DNA of 36,064 bases from Actinomycetota bacterium (GCA_009923805.1 RFSY01000001.1:1-36064); one strand, 5' to 3'. Shown: positions 1-9,414, numbered from the stretch's first letter. Numbers and translations are program-made. Notes: generated from the letters alone by a model not told the origin.

Positions 1-1
1 A

Positions 2-121
2 GCAGAACTAGTTCTGCTTGATCCAGAACGCGCGGATAAAGAGGGTGACATGGTTGGACATCATGGTGGAGATTCAGATATCGAAAGCTCAGTTCCGCTC
101 TTGAGCGTTACTGCCAATTAA
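2..121 (+). CDS. 3' end of a probable alkaline phosphatase / nucleotide pyrophosphatase superfamily protein (partial)
   Basis: Open frame from the window edge reads AELVLLDPERADKEGDMVGHHGGDSDIESSVPLLSVTAN*. The G-H-G...E..VPL tail is typical of this superfamily. Stop TAA at 119-121 overlaps the sepH stop. Confidence 0.55.
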   Translation, partial: AELVLLDPERADKEGDMVGHHGGDSDIESSVPLLSVTAN

Positions 122-921
122 TTATCTTCGGGAGATTCCTCAGTCTTGCGTCCAAACATGATTTCATCCCATGATGGAACTTTTGCCCTAGCCGTGATGC
201 CATCTTGTGAATCTGCGGGAGTGGGAGTTTCACGAATCACTGCAAGACGAGGTGTTTCAATTTTCTCTTCAATAACGAGAGGAATGATCTCCTCTAATCG
301 TGAAGGATGTGTTGGTTCAGAGTAAATAATTCCGGGTTCTGGCACGCGAGCTGGTGCTTCTTCATCGATAAGCCAAGCGCCATTGTCATCCATTGCATCG
401 AGTGCACGACGAGACATATCAAAGTTCCAAGTTGCAACACCATTGCCATCGCGATTCGGATAGTGAAGTTCAATGTGCCATGTGCCATTGGGCAGGCGCC
501 AGGTGTTCCATGAAACAGCTTCAGTGTCGACGCCGCGGGGGGAAAGTTTTGCAAGGACAACATCGCGGAATGTGAGATCGATGCGATGAATATCTTTACG
601 CATCACAAGTTCACGGGCGCGATCAAGAATGTATTCACGCTCCTGCATGATGGGACCAGAGAAACGCTCAATTTTATCGACTGTAGTTTGGCCATCACGA
701 GCGATATGTTCAAAGCTTTCACCGGCACGAAGGCGACGTTGAATCTCTTTGACTGAGATTGTTTCTGTGGCATCTGTTGCAGGCACAGATGTAAGTCTTG
801 GTTGATTTACAGTTGCGCGAAGTGTGTCGCTTATACGAAGTGAAAACTCTGCACCGTCGGTGTCAACAAGGGCGAGATGATTTCCGTCCTGTGTTTTGCC
901 CGTCAGGCGAAGTTCAGTCAT
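118..921 (-). CDS. sepH: Septation protein SepH (DUF3071 domain)
   Basis: N-terminal 'ELRLTG..DG.HL.L', HTH-like 'ISVKEIQRRLRAGES', 'ERFSGPIMQERE' and C-terminal 'VPSWDEIMFG', all characteristic of DUF3071/SepH. Confidence 0.85.
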   Translation of the reverse strand: MTELRLTGKTQDGNHLALVDTDGAEFSLRISDTLRATVNQPRLTSVPATDATETISVKEIQRRLRAGESFEHIARDGQTTVDKIERFSGPIMQEREYILDRARELVMRKDIHRIDLTFRDVVLAKLSPRGVDTEAVSWNTWRLPNGTWHIELHYPNRDGNGVATWNFDMSRRALDAMDDNGAWLIDEEAPARVPEPGIIYSEPTHPSRLEEIIPLVIEEKIETPRLAVIRETPTPADSQDGITARAKVPSWDEIMFGRKTEESPEDN

Positions 922-1034
922 AGGGGTGAGAATAACCGATAGGGGGTCAGATTTTCATGAGGTAGACCCTCTAGACTTCTGAAGAACTGCTACAGCTTGC
1001 CCAGAAAATCGGAGCAGAAGCAGGGGCACTTCTC

Positions 1035-1739
1035 ATGGACCGCCCGCCAGCATTTGAAATCGAATCAAAATCCACCGCGATAGATATAGCGACCCAGATG
1101 GATAAAAAGGCAGAGGCATTTATTGTGCAATCCATTCTTGCTGCCCGTCCTGATGATGGAATTATCGGAGAAGAAGGCGCATCCGTAGAAAGTAAATCAG
1201 GAATTACGTGGGTTATCGATCCACTAGATGGAACAGTGAATTACTTTTATGGATTGCCTGGTTGGAACGTCTCAATTGCTGCGAGAGATAAGGACGGCTC
1301 ATTTGTTGGCGTCGTCACTGCACCAAGTATTAACTCAATGTGGTGGGCAACTCGAGGCGGCGGAGCTTTCTTTAATGGATCTAAAATTCGCTGTAATAAT
1401 CCAATCGAATTAGATCGCGCACTCATTGCTACTGGCTTTCAATATAATGTAGCAAACCGCGTTAATCAATTAGAAGATCTTGTAAAACTTGTTCCGATAG
1501 CTCGCGATGTCAGACGTAATGGGGCAGCAGCTGTTGATCTCTGTCATGTGGCAATGGGCGCACTTGATGCGTATTACGAATCAGGTTTGAAGGAATGGGA
1601 TTGGGCTGCAGGTGGATTAATCGCCACCGAGGCAGGTGCAATCTTTGCTCAATACGGCCAAGAACCCACCAGAACGACGATGGCTGCCGGCCCAGAGCTG
1701 CATTCCCGCATCGTAGATTTGCTGGGATTTACCGCGTAA
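1035..1739 (+). CDS. Inositol monophosphatase family protein (true start probably upstream, about 975-987)
   Basis: GEE, WVIDPLDGTVNY and WDWAAG motifs. The in-frame upstream segment EELLQLAQKIGAEAGALL resembles helix 1 of the family. Confidence 0.9.
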   Translation: MDRPPAFEIESKSTAIDIATQMDKKAEAFIVQSILAARPDDGIIGEEGASVESKSGITWVIDPLDGTVNYFYGLPGWNVSIAARDKDGSFVGVVTAPSINSMWWATRGGGAFFNGSKIRCNNPIELDRALIATGFQYNVANRVNQLEDLVKLVPIARDVRRNGAAAVDLCHVAMGALDAYYESGLKEWDWAAGGLIATEAGAIFAQYGQEPTRTTMAAGPELHSRIVDLLGFTA

Positions 1740-1861
1740 TTTCCTGAGCCAAAAGCCCGATTTACGCTCAAGGCCCCTTCTGTGGCAAGATACGCAGTCT
1801 GCACAGCGTTACCTCGCAGTGCCTCATAAAGTTTTAATGAGTTAAGTAATGAACAGGACCA

Positions 1862-2410
1862 ATGATGAACATTCTCGACGTTGTAGATGCTGCCTCACTC
1901 CGCAAGGACATTCCACAGTTCCGTGCTGGCGATGAGCTCAAGATCCACGTTCGCGTTATCGAAGGTAGCAAGTCACGCCTTCAGGTCTTCCAAGGAATTG
2001 TTATCGGTCGCCAAGGTGACGGAGTCCGCGAAACTTTCACAATCCGTAAGGTTTCATACGGCGTTGGCGTAGAGCGCACATTCCCAGTTCACACACCAGT
2101 TATTGAAAAGATTGAACTTGTAAAGAAGGGCGATGTACGTCGCGCCAAGCTTTACTACCTACGCGATCTTCGCGGTAAGGCTGCAAAGATTCGTGAAAAG
2201 CGCGATGGCGTTGAAGGTTACGGTGATGGAATTCTTTCTACACCTGAGAAGGAAGTTGTTATTGCACCTGTGGTTGAAGAGGCAGTTGTTGAAGCGCCAG
2301 TAGCTGAAGCGGTTGTTGAAGCGCCAGTAGTTGAGGCAGTAACAGAAGAAGCTCCAGTAGCTGAGGCAGTTGTTGAAGCTCCAGCCGCTGAAGAAAAATC
2401 TGCTGAGTAA
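1862..2410 (+). CDS. rplS: 50S ribosomal protein L19 with acidic low-complexity C-terminal tail
   Basis: FRAGD, '[14 protein letters not shown]', '[12 protein letters not shown]'; AGGA Shine-Dalgarno upstream. Confidence 0.97.
   Translation: MMNILDVVDAASLRKDIPQFRAGDELKIHVRVIEGSKSRLQVFQGIVIGRQGDGVRETFTIRKVSYGVGVERTFPVHTPVIEKIELVKKGDVRRAKLYYLRDLRGKAAKIREKRDGVEGYGDGILSTPEKEVVIAPVVEEAVVEAPVAEAVVEAPVVEAVTEEAPVAEAVVEAPAAEEKSAE
2266..2395 (+). repeat. Imperfect in-frame tandem repeat (about 27 bp, encoding VVEAPVAEA) in the rplS tail
   Basis: Units resembling gttgttgaagcgccagtagctgaagcg recur 4-5 times. Confidence 0.85.
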
Positions 2411-2424
2411 TTAGCTCTCGCCAG

Positions 2425-3078
2425 ATGCCACGTAAGGGCTCAGTCCTTCGTGAGTTCCCGATTCTTGTAATCGTTGCGCTCGCAGTCTCACTTGTTATCA
2501 AGACTTTTATTGTCCAATTTTTCTTTATTCCATCTGGATCAATGGAGAACACACTTCAGATTCGAGACCGTGTTGCAGTAAATAAGATCCCATTTGTCTC
2601 AAGAAATATTTCACGTGGAGACGTTGTCGTATTCCGCGATCCTGCTAATTGGTTACCTGAACCATTTACAGCTGGTGAAAATAAAGTAATGGCGAAGATT
2701 AGAACAGGTCTTGAAACAGTTGGCGTTCTTCCAAACCCAGCAAAGCAATATCTTGTCAAGCGCGTCATTGGCGTAGCTGGTGATCACGTTATCTGCTGTG
2801 CCAAAGGTGGAAAGCTCACTATTAATGGCAAGACCACTGACGAGCCATATATTTTTGCTGGAAATAAACCAAGTGAAATGGAATTCAACGTCACTGTCCC
2901 TGCAGGAAAGATTTGGGTTATGGGTGACCACCGTGGCTCTTCAGCTGATTCGCGCTATCACCAAGAAGATGTCAATCATGGCTTCGTTCCGGTTTCTAAA
3001 GTCACAGGACGCGTCTATGCAATTATCTGGCCATTAAAGAATCTCGCGCTAGTTCCAAGCCACAACCCAATCAAGTAA
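2425..3078 (+). CDS. lepB: Signal peptidase I
   Basis: N-terminal TM segment, catalytic Ser in 'PSGSMENTL', Lys in 'LVKRVIG', and 'GDHRGSSADSR'. Confidence 0.95.
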   Translation: MPRKGSVLREFPILVIVALAVSLVIKTFIVQFFFIPSGSMENTLQIRDRVAVNKIPFVSRNISRGDVVVFRDPANWLPEPFTAGENKVMAKIRTGLETVGVLPNPAKQYLVKRVIGVAGDHVICCAKGGKLTINGKTTDEPYIFAGNKPSEMEFNVTVPAGKIWVMGDHRGSSADSRYHQEDVNHGFVPVSKVTGRVYAIIWPLKNLALVPSHNPIK

Positions 3079-3087
3079 GTTCACCAT

Positions 3088-3693
3088 ATGAAAGCGATCG
3101 AAGAACTTCTTCGTAACGCAGGTATTTCTCCCATCGCAGGTGTTGATGAAGCAGGTCGCGGTCCATGTGCCGGACCTTTGCTTGTTGCAGCCGTCATTCT
3201 CAAAGATCCATTCGCACCAGAATTATCAGAGGTGCGAGATTCAAAGGAAGTCTCTGAGAAGAAGCGCGACGAGCTCTTTGAACTCATCATGACAATTGCC
3301 GAAAGTGTCAGCATCATTCGTGTTTCAGTATCGGATATAGATGAACGTGGAGTTCATGCAGCTAATCTCGATGGCATGCGCAGAGCAGTCAAAGGCTTGG
3401 CAATAGACCCCGCATATGTATTAACGGATGGGTATGCCATTGAAGGCTTGGCTGTGCCTAACGTTGCTGTGTGGAAGGGTGATCAAGTAGTGACTGCTAT
3501 CAGCGCTGCATCCATCATTGCAAAGGTCACCAGAGACCGAGAAATGATTGAGTTAGATAAGCAATACCCACAGTATGGTTTTGCAAAACATAAGGGATAC
3601 ATCACAGCTGCTCATACGGCAGCCCTGAAAGAACATGGTCCATGTCCTGAGCACCGTACATCTTTTTCTAACATCGCAGCTCTTCTTCAATAG
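3088..3693 (+). CDS. rnhB: Ribonuclease HII
   Basis: GVDEAGRG, DSK, 'ISAASIIAKVTRD', 'KHKGY'; conserved rplS-lepB-rnhB synteny. Confidence 0.95.
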   Translation: MKAIEELLRNAGISPIAGVDEAGRGPCAGPLLVAAVILKDPFAPELSEVRDSKEVSEKKRDELFELIMTIAESVSIIRVSVSDIDERGVHAANLDGMRRAVKGLAIDPAYVLTDGYAIEGLAVPNVAVWKGDQVVTAISAASIIAKVTRDREMIELDKQYPQYGFAKHKGYITAAHTAALKEHGPCPEHRTSFSNIAALLQ

Positions 3694-3755
3694 TTTTACA
3701 CAGGTAGCACTGCAGGTGTAATTGCAACCCAAGCCCTGCTTCTATCTTTTGCGGC

Positions 3756-4628
3756 ATGAGAGAGCCCTTAACAGAGATAAGAGAGCAACGTCTTGCGCTA
3801 TTTAGCGTGGTTGCAGTTGGAAATGCCTTTTGGAGTCAACAGATTCAAGAATTTGGAATTGAGAGCGTTTATCAGAACCTCTTTTTTGGCGTGTATAACG
3901 GAGAAAAGTTCGGCAAAATGATTACGGAAGTCAATGCTTTTGATTCGGAGCAGGCACTGCAAAATATTTGCAATTCAGGGGGAGTTTTTCTCACACCCGA
4001 AGAGGAAAAATGGCCAAAGCAGGTAAGCAGTTTGAGTAACCCGCCTATTGGGCTTGTCGTAAAAGGAAATGTGGAAACACTGAAAAATAAGTCACTCGCA
4101 ATTGTCGGCACGCGTAATCCAACTCCGTATGGAATCCGTATCGCAGGAGATTTTGCCGCGGGCTTTGTCGATCGCGAATGGGATATCGTCAGTGGTGGTG
4201 CGTATGGGATCGATTCGGCAGCGCATCGTGGTGCACTTGTTGCAGAAGGTCGAACGATTGCAGTAATTGCATCGGGAATTGATATTCAATATCCAGCCGG
4301 AAATTCCAGACTCTTTGATGAAATATGTGAGACCGGCGCAATCGTCTCTGAAGTCATGCCCGGTGTGATTGCGATGCCGCATCGCTTTCTTACTCGCAAT
4401 CGTCTTATTGCCGCACTTTCACAGAGCACGCTTGTTGTTGAGGCAGCATTTAGAAGTGGATCTCTACGAACTGCTCGAGATGCCGCTGAATTAATGAGAC
4501 CGGTGATGGCTATTCCTGGTCCCATAAATTCACCATCTTCTGAAGGGTGCCATAGATTAATAGGGGAGCGAGCCGCAGAATTAGTGACATCGGTGGCGGA
4601 TGCAATCGAGTTGATAACCGCGCTTTAG
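3756..4628 (+). CDS. dprA: DNA-processing protein DprA
   Basis: 'AIVGTRNPTPYG', 'VSGGAYGIDSAAH', 'FLTRNRLIAALS', 'VVEAAFRSGSL'. Confidence 0.93.
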   Translation: MREPLTEIREQRLALFSVVAVGNAFWSQQIQEFGIESVYQNLFFGVYNGEKFGKMITEVNAFDSEQALQNICNSGGVFLTPEEEKWPKQVSSLSNPPIGLVVKGNVETLKNKSLAIVGTRNPTPYGIRIAGDFAAGFVDREWDIVSGGAYGIDSAAHRGALVAEGRTIAVIASGIDIQYPAGNSRLFDEICETGAIVSEVMPGVIAMPHRFLTRNRLIAALSQSTLVVEAAFRSGSLRTARDAAELMRPVMAIPGPINSPSSEGCHRLIGERAAELVTSVADAIELITAL

Positions 4629-4660
4629 GTAATGCATCTATGTGATGAGAGAATACGGGC

Positions 4661-5578
4661 ATGAGTGAATTCCGTTCCGGCTTCGTCGCAATTGTGGGGC
4701 GTCCGAATACTGGAAAATCAACCCTTATCAATGCGCTAGTTGGCAGCAAGATTGCAATTACATCTCCGCATCCCAATACAACGCGTCATGCGATTCGCGG
4801 AATCGTCAATAACCCAGAGTTTCAAGCGATACTTGTTGACACACCTGGTGTTCATAAACCAAAGACTTTGCTCGGACATCGCCTTAATGCTGTAGTGAGC
4901 CAGAGCATGGATTCAGTCGATATCGTGATGATGTGCCTGCCGGCAGATGAGACTTCAGGTGCTGGCGATGAATTTATCGCTGCCGAAATTGCTAAGTACC
5001 CACGAGCAAAGAAGTTTGCATTAATTACTAAGACGGATTTAGTTGCCAAGAAGAATATTGCTACTCGCTTACTTGGCATTTCAGCACTAGCTCAAGGATT
5101 TGTCTGGGATGAAATCGTTCCAATTTCTGCCGCCATTCACGAACAGATTGATTTACTGGAAAAGCTCATTGGTGACAATCTTCCGGTGGGCCCCGCTTTT
5201 TACCCCGAAGATATGAAGAGTGATCAGGATATTCAGCAGCTTATCTGTGAGCTTATTCGTGAAGCTGCGATGCGAGATGCGCGTGAAGAGCTACCGCACT
5301 CAATCATGGTGACAATCGATGAGATGAAGGAGCGCGAAGAGAAGGGCAGCCGTCCATTCTTTGATATTCACGCAACCATTCACGTGGAGCGTGATTCACA
5401 GACTGGAATCATTTTGGGCCATCAAGGTGAACGATTGAAAGATATCGGAATGCGTGCCCGTAAAGATATTGAACGCGAACTCGGTGCTCGAATTTTTCTA
5501 GGGCTTCATGTGAAAGTCTCGAAAGAGTGGCAGCGAGATCCTAAACTTCTAGAAAGACTTGGATTTACTGAGCGCTGA
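4661..5578 (+). CDS. era: GTPase Era
   Basis: G1 GRPNTGKS, G3 DTPG, G4 TKTD, 'REELPHS' and a C-terminal KH domain. Confidence 0.95.
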   Translation: MSEFRSGFVAIVGRPNTGKSTLINALVGSKIAITSPHPNTTRHAIRGIVNNPEFQAILVDTPGVHKPKTLLGHRLNAVVSQSMDSVDIVMMCLPADETSGAGDEFIAAEIAKYPRAKKFALITKTDLVAKKNIATRLLGISALAQGFVWDEIVPISAAIHEQIDLLEKLIGDNLPVGPAFYPEDMKSDQDIQQLICELIREAAMRDAREELPHSIMVTIDEMKEREEKGSRPFFDIHATIHVERDSQTGIILGHQGERLKDIGMRARKDIERELGARIFLGLHVKVSKEWQRDPKLLERLGFTER

Positions 5579-6374
5579 GCACACCGGTTGCTAGCGCGAC
5601 AAGAAGCGCAGAACCAAGCACCACACGATAGATTACAAACGGTTTGAAATTCTGTGTTGAAATATATTTCATCAGCCAGGCAATAACGCTATAGCCCACA
5701 ATAAAGGCAACAACTGTGGCCGCTAAAATTTCTGGCATCGAATAGACAGAGACAGTGGAATCGCCAACAGCTTTCTTTAATTCGTAGAGACCGCTTCCAA
5801 AGACTGCGGGAAGTGCGAGCAAAAATGAGTAACGAAGTGCGGCTTCGCGTTTATATCCAAGGAAACGACCCAGTGCGATAGTTGCACCTGAGCGAGAAAC
5901 ACCTGGAACCAAAGCTAGTGACTGCGCTAATCCATAAGCGATGCCATCACGCGCATTGAGATTATCAAGTGACTTTTCGCGTTTGCCCACATGGTCTGCA
6001 TAACCAAGAATTAATCCAAAGATAATCAAAGTGGAAGCAACAATCCAGAGTGAGCGGAAATTGTTTGTGATGTAATCCTGACCGAGGTATCCCAAAATAA
6101 CAATTGGGAGAGTTCCAATAATGATGAGAGTTCCAAGGCGCGCTTCAGGTGATCCATCGCGCTTAAACCAGGCGCGAGTAATCGCCAGAATATCTTTTCT
6201 AAAGAAGATGAGAACGGCTAACTCTGTACCAATTTGAGAAATGGCAGTAAATGCGGCGCCCGGATCTTTGGCGTTCGGCAAAAACTCACCGACGATTCGA
6301 AGGTGGGCACTCGATGAGACTGGTAGAAATTCAGTGAGTCCTTGGACAAGACCTAGAAAGAGAGCTTCAAGCAT
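5565..6374 (-). CDS. uppP: Undecaprenyl-diphosphate phosphatase
   Basis: 'QGLTEFLPVSSSAH' and 'PGVSRSGAT' BacA signature motifs. Confidence 0.95.
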   Translation of the reverse strand: MLEALFLGLVQGLTEFLPVSSSAHLRIVGEFLPNAKDPGAAFTAISQIGTELAVLIFFRKDILAITRAWFKRDGSPEARLGTLIIIGTLPIVILGYLGQDYITNNFRSLWIVASTLIIFGLILGYADHVGKREKSLDNLNARDGIAYGLAQSLALVPGVSRSGATIALGRFLGYKREAALRYSFLLALPAVFGSGLYELKKAVGDSTVSVYSMPEILAATVVAFIVGYSVIAWLMKYISTQNFKPFVIYRVVLGSALLVALATGVLSAQ

Positions 6375-6393
6375 GGCGCAAGTATGGCAATAC

Positions 6394-7269
6394 TTATGCG
6401 CTTACAGGCTTGCGGCTCGCGAAGTATGAACCAATCAACACAAGTGGCAACCCCAACAGAATTCCAACGGTAAGTGGTTCTTTAAGAATGAGTACACCAA
6501 GTACAACTGCGAAAGCGGTATTCAGATAAGTCACAAGTGAACCTCGGGCGACTCCAATAATTGTGGCCAGAGTAAAGAATGCAACGAAGGCGGCTCCGGT
6601 TGAGAGGACTCCTAATCCAACAATTGATCTGATTGCTCCACTAGAAATCTCATGTGTAGGCCACTGCACAATCGCCCAAGGAAGATAGAAGATGGCTGAG
6701 ATACCCATCGCCACTGCATTAATTGCAATACCCGAAACGTTAGGTAGGGCGCCTTGAACCATCATCACTGCATAGGAGTAACCGATTGCGGCTATGAGAA
6801 CCATGAAGATCGAAAGTGGATCTGCGCTACCAGTAATACTTTCAATACCCACCACTGCGATAAGTCCAACAAATCCTAAAACTAAACCAAAGAGCCTCTT
6901 GTGGTGCCAGACTGTTTTATCTCCACGCATCGAAGCAAAAATTGTTGCCCAAATTGGCACCGATGCAATCAATAATCCTGCAAGTCCTGAGGAGATTTTC
7001 TGTTCTGCAGTACCGATAAGAATCCATGGGCCGATCATTTCAAGCAACGCGTAAAACGCCACATATTTAATTCCACGAATGGCGGGAATCAATTGTCTCT
7101 GTCTCATCGCTAAAGGAATGAGAATTGCGGCACCAATTGCGGTACGAAGACAGACCACCGTTGCGGGGGTAAATCCATTATCAGGGTCGACTGCCACCTT
7201 GATAAAGAGGTAAGGAATACCCCACAGGAATCCGACCAGAATAAAGAGAAACCATCCGCGGCGTGACAT
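6394..7269 (-). CDS. DMT/EamA family transporter
   Basis: About 10 hydrophobic segments, 'LWGIPYLFIK', and the two-repeat EamA pattern ending 'LKEPLT...G..L'. Confidence 0.85.
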   Translation of the reverse strand: MSRRGWFLFILVGFLWGIPYLFIKVAVDPDNGFTPATVVCLRTAIGAAILIPLAMRQRQLIPAIRGIKYVAFYALLEMIGPWILIGTAEQKISSGLAGLLIASVPIWATIFASMRGDKTVWHHKRLFGLVLGFVGLIAVVGIESITGSADPLSIFMVLIAAIGYSYAVMMVQGALPNVSGIAINAVAMGISAIFYLPWAIVQWPTHEISSGAIRSIVGLGVLSTGAAFVAFFTLATIIGVARGSLVTYLNTAFAVVLGVLILKEPLTVGILLGLPLVLIGSYFASRKPVSA

Positions 7270-7315
7270 TTGTAAAGAACGCTCCTAGTTTTTAGAGATT
7301 AGTTGAATGGGAAAG

Positions 7316-8263
7316 TTAGGCGAGTTTCTTGATTTCTTGCGCCATAAAGTCAATCGACTCAGCGGCAACGTGCGTAATTGCCATCGTTGCAAAGAAGCCA
7401 TGAATCATTCCGTCATATTGCTTATAGACAACGGGAACTCCATCGGCTCGCAGGAGGTCTGCATATTTTTCACTATCTGAAAGTAGTGGGTCATATTGGG
7501 CTGTGATAATTATTGCGGGAGCAACTTCCTTAAAAGTTTTGGCATGCATAGGAGCCGCATAAGGATTTGTGTTATCTGCCTCGTTGACAACATATTGTTC
7601 CCAGAACCATTTCATCGCCTGAGTGGTTAACAGGTAACCTGTTGCATAATCGAGGTAAGACTGTGTCTCAAAATTTCGTTCATTGCATGGGTAGATAAGA
7701 ACTTGGAACGCAAGTTTTATTCCATTGTCACGAGCTTTGAGTGCAACGGCTGAGGCAAGGTTGCCACCTGCGCTATCGCCCATGACTCCAACCTTTGTGG
7801 GATCAATACAAAGTGATTCTGCATTGGAAAGTACCCATGAGAGCGTCTCATAGCAATCATCAAATGGAATAGGGAATGGGTGCTCGGGTGCTTTCTGATA
7901 AAAGACGCTAATAATTGTTGCGCCACTTTGATTTGCAAGGCGCGTTAATGAAGAATCAACAATATCAAGTGTGCCAAGCACCCAGCCGCCACCGTGGAAG
8001 AAAACTATCGCAGGAGCATTTGGATTCTCAGTTGGCCGGTAAATGCGAACAGGTAGATCCGCAGTTTTTCCTGGAATGAATCGGTTGATAATCTCGTGAA
8101 CTGGTTCGGCTGGTCCGGAATTTTTAACTCGTGCATATGTATTTCTGCGAATGACGTCGATGGGAGCTTCCCACACCTGTGGCAGCCCAGCTTGCGCACC
8201 TGCTGCTAAGAAGGCGATTATTTCTGGCGCAAGTGAGACTTCTGATTGGTGGGGATTAGTCAT
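7316..8263 (-). CDS. Alpha/beta hydrolase (HSL/GDXG family esterase)
   Basis: HGGG oxyanion motif, GDSAGG nucleophile, D(PL) and HGF. ATG at 8263 chosen because TAGCCT lies 6 nt upstream. Confidence 0.9.
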   Translation of the reverse strand: MTNPHQSEVSLAPEIIAFLAAGAQAGLPQVWEAPIDVIRRNTYARVKNSGPAEPVHEIINRFIPGKTADLPVRIYRPTENPNAPAIVFFHGGGWVLGTLDIVDSSLTRLANQSGATIISVFYQKAPEHPFPIPFDDCYETLSWVLSNAESLCIDPTKVGVMGDSAGGNLASAVALKARDNGIKLAFQVLIYPCNERNFETQSYLDYATGYLLTTQAMKWFWEQYVVNEADNTNPYAAPMHAKTFKEVAPAIIITAQYDPLLSDSEKYADLLRADGVPVVYKQYDGMIHGFFATMAITHVAAESIDFMAQEIKKLA

Positions 8264-8269
8264 GGCCAA

Positions 8270-8279
8270 AGGCTAGACT
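8270..8279. promoter_or_regulatory. Overlapping divergent -10 elements (TAGCCT on minus for the esterase, TAGACT on plus for pfk)
   Basis: AGGCTAGACT at 8270-8279 gives TAnnnT on both strands, sharing the central TA. Confidence 0.55.
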
Positions 8280-8352
8280 GTGCCAGTCAGTGTTGACCAC
8301 AATATGGCGAAATTAATTTGCCTGATATCTCACTTAATTTTGGAGCGTTGTA

Positions 8353-9378
8353 ATGCGTATTGGAATTCTTACTGGTGGCGGAGATTGCCCAGGACTTAAT
8401 GGTGTTATTCGTGGTGTAGTAACTAAGGGAATTAAAGATTACGGATATGAATTCGTCGGATTTCGCGATGGATGGAAAGGCCCACTCGAGGCGCTCACGA
8501 TGCCTTTGGATTTGGCAACAGTGAAGCCAATTCTTGCTAAGGGCGGCACAATTCTTGGTTCATCTCGCACCAATCCTTTCAAAATTGAGAATGGCGTTGA
8601 GCGCATCAAGCAGAACCTTGCTGATCAGGGAATTGATGTTCTTATCGCAATCGGTGGAGAAGACACTCTTGGCGTGGCAACAAAGCTAGACGCCCTTGGC
8701 GTAAAAGTTATTGGTGTTCCAAAGACAATTGATAATGACCTCAACAACACAGATTTCACATTTGGCTTTGATACATCCGTCAATATCGCTATGGAAGCAA
8801 TCGATCGTCTGCACACCACTGCTGAATCACATCACCGTCCACTGATTGTTGAAGTGATGGGTCGTCACGCGGGTTGGATTGCTCTTCACTCCGGTATCGC
8901 TGGTGATGCAGCTTGTATCTTGATCCCAGAAGTTAAGTTCTCAGTCGATAAAGTCTGTGAGTATGTGAATTCACGTTTTAAGACTGGTACAGCACCCATC
9001 ATCGTTATTGCTGAAGGTGCGATTCCTCAAGATGGTGACATGATTACTAAGGATCAACCTCTTGATGCCTTTGGCCATGTGCAACTTTCAGGAATTGGCG
9101 ATTGGCTTGCAAAAGAAATCGAGAAGAAAACTGGTTATCAAACTCGCTGCACAGTTCTAGGTCATATCCAGCGTGGTGGTACACCATCAGCATTTGACCG
9201 AGTACTGAGCTCTCGTTTCGGACTTGAAGCAATTACTGCAGTTCACGAAGGTGATTTCGGCAAGATGATGGCTCTGCATGGAACCAAGATTGCTCGTGTG
9301 CCGCTGGCATCAGCAACAGATGTTCTGAAAACAGTTCCATTCGAACGATACGAGGAGATCACATCGTTCTTTGGCTAA
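8353..9378 (+). CDS. pfkA: 6-phosphofructokinase (actinobacterial mixed-substrate clade; phosphoryl donor uncertain)
   Basis: TGGGDCPGLN, GGEDT, PKTIDND, EVMGRHAGW, LGHIQRGG. Confidence 0.95.
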   Translation: MRIGILTGGGDCPGLNGVIRGVVTKGIKDYGYEFVGFRDGWKGPLEALTMPLDLATVKPILAKGGTILGSSRTNPFKIENGVERIKQNLADQGIDVLIAIGGEDTLGVATKLDALGVKVIGVPKTIDNDLNNTDFTFGFDTSVNIAMEAIDRLHTTAESHHRPLIVEVMGRHAGWIALHSGIAGDAACILIPEVKFSVDKVCEYVNSRFKTGTAPIIVIAEGAIPQDGDMITKDQPLDAFGHVQLSGIGDWLAKEIEKKTGYQTRCTVLGHIQRGGTPSAFDRVLSSRFGLEAITAVHEGDFGKMMALHGTKIARVPLASATDVLKTVPFERYEEITSFFG

Positions 9379-9414
9379 TCTCTCTCCGAGAGCGCCCCTG
9401 AATAATCTACGATT

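Noticed and set aside
2266-2395. Tandem repeat considered as a CRISPR array
   Set aside because: In-frame degenerate coding repeat with no unique spacers and no cas genes.
8309-8320. AAATTAATTT palindrome in the pfk leader
   Set aside because: Short and AT-only, so plausible by chance.
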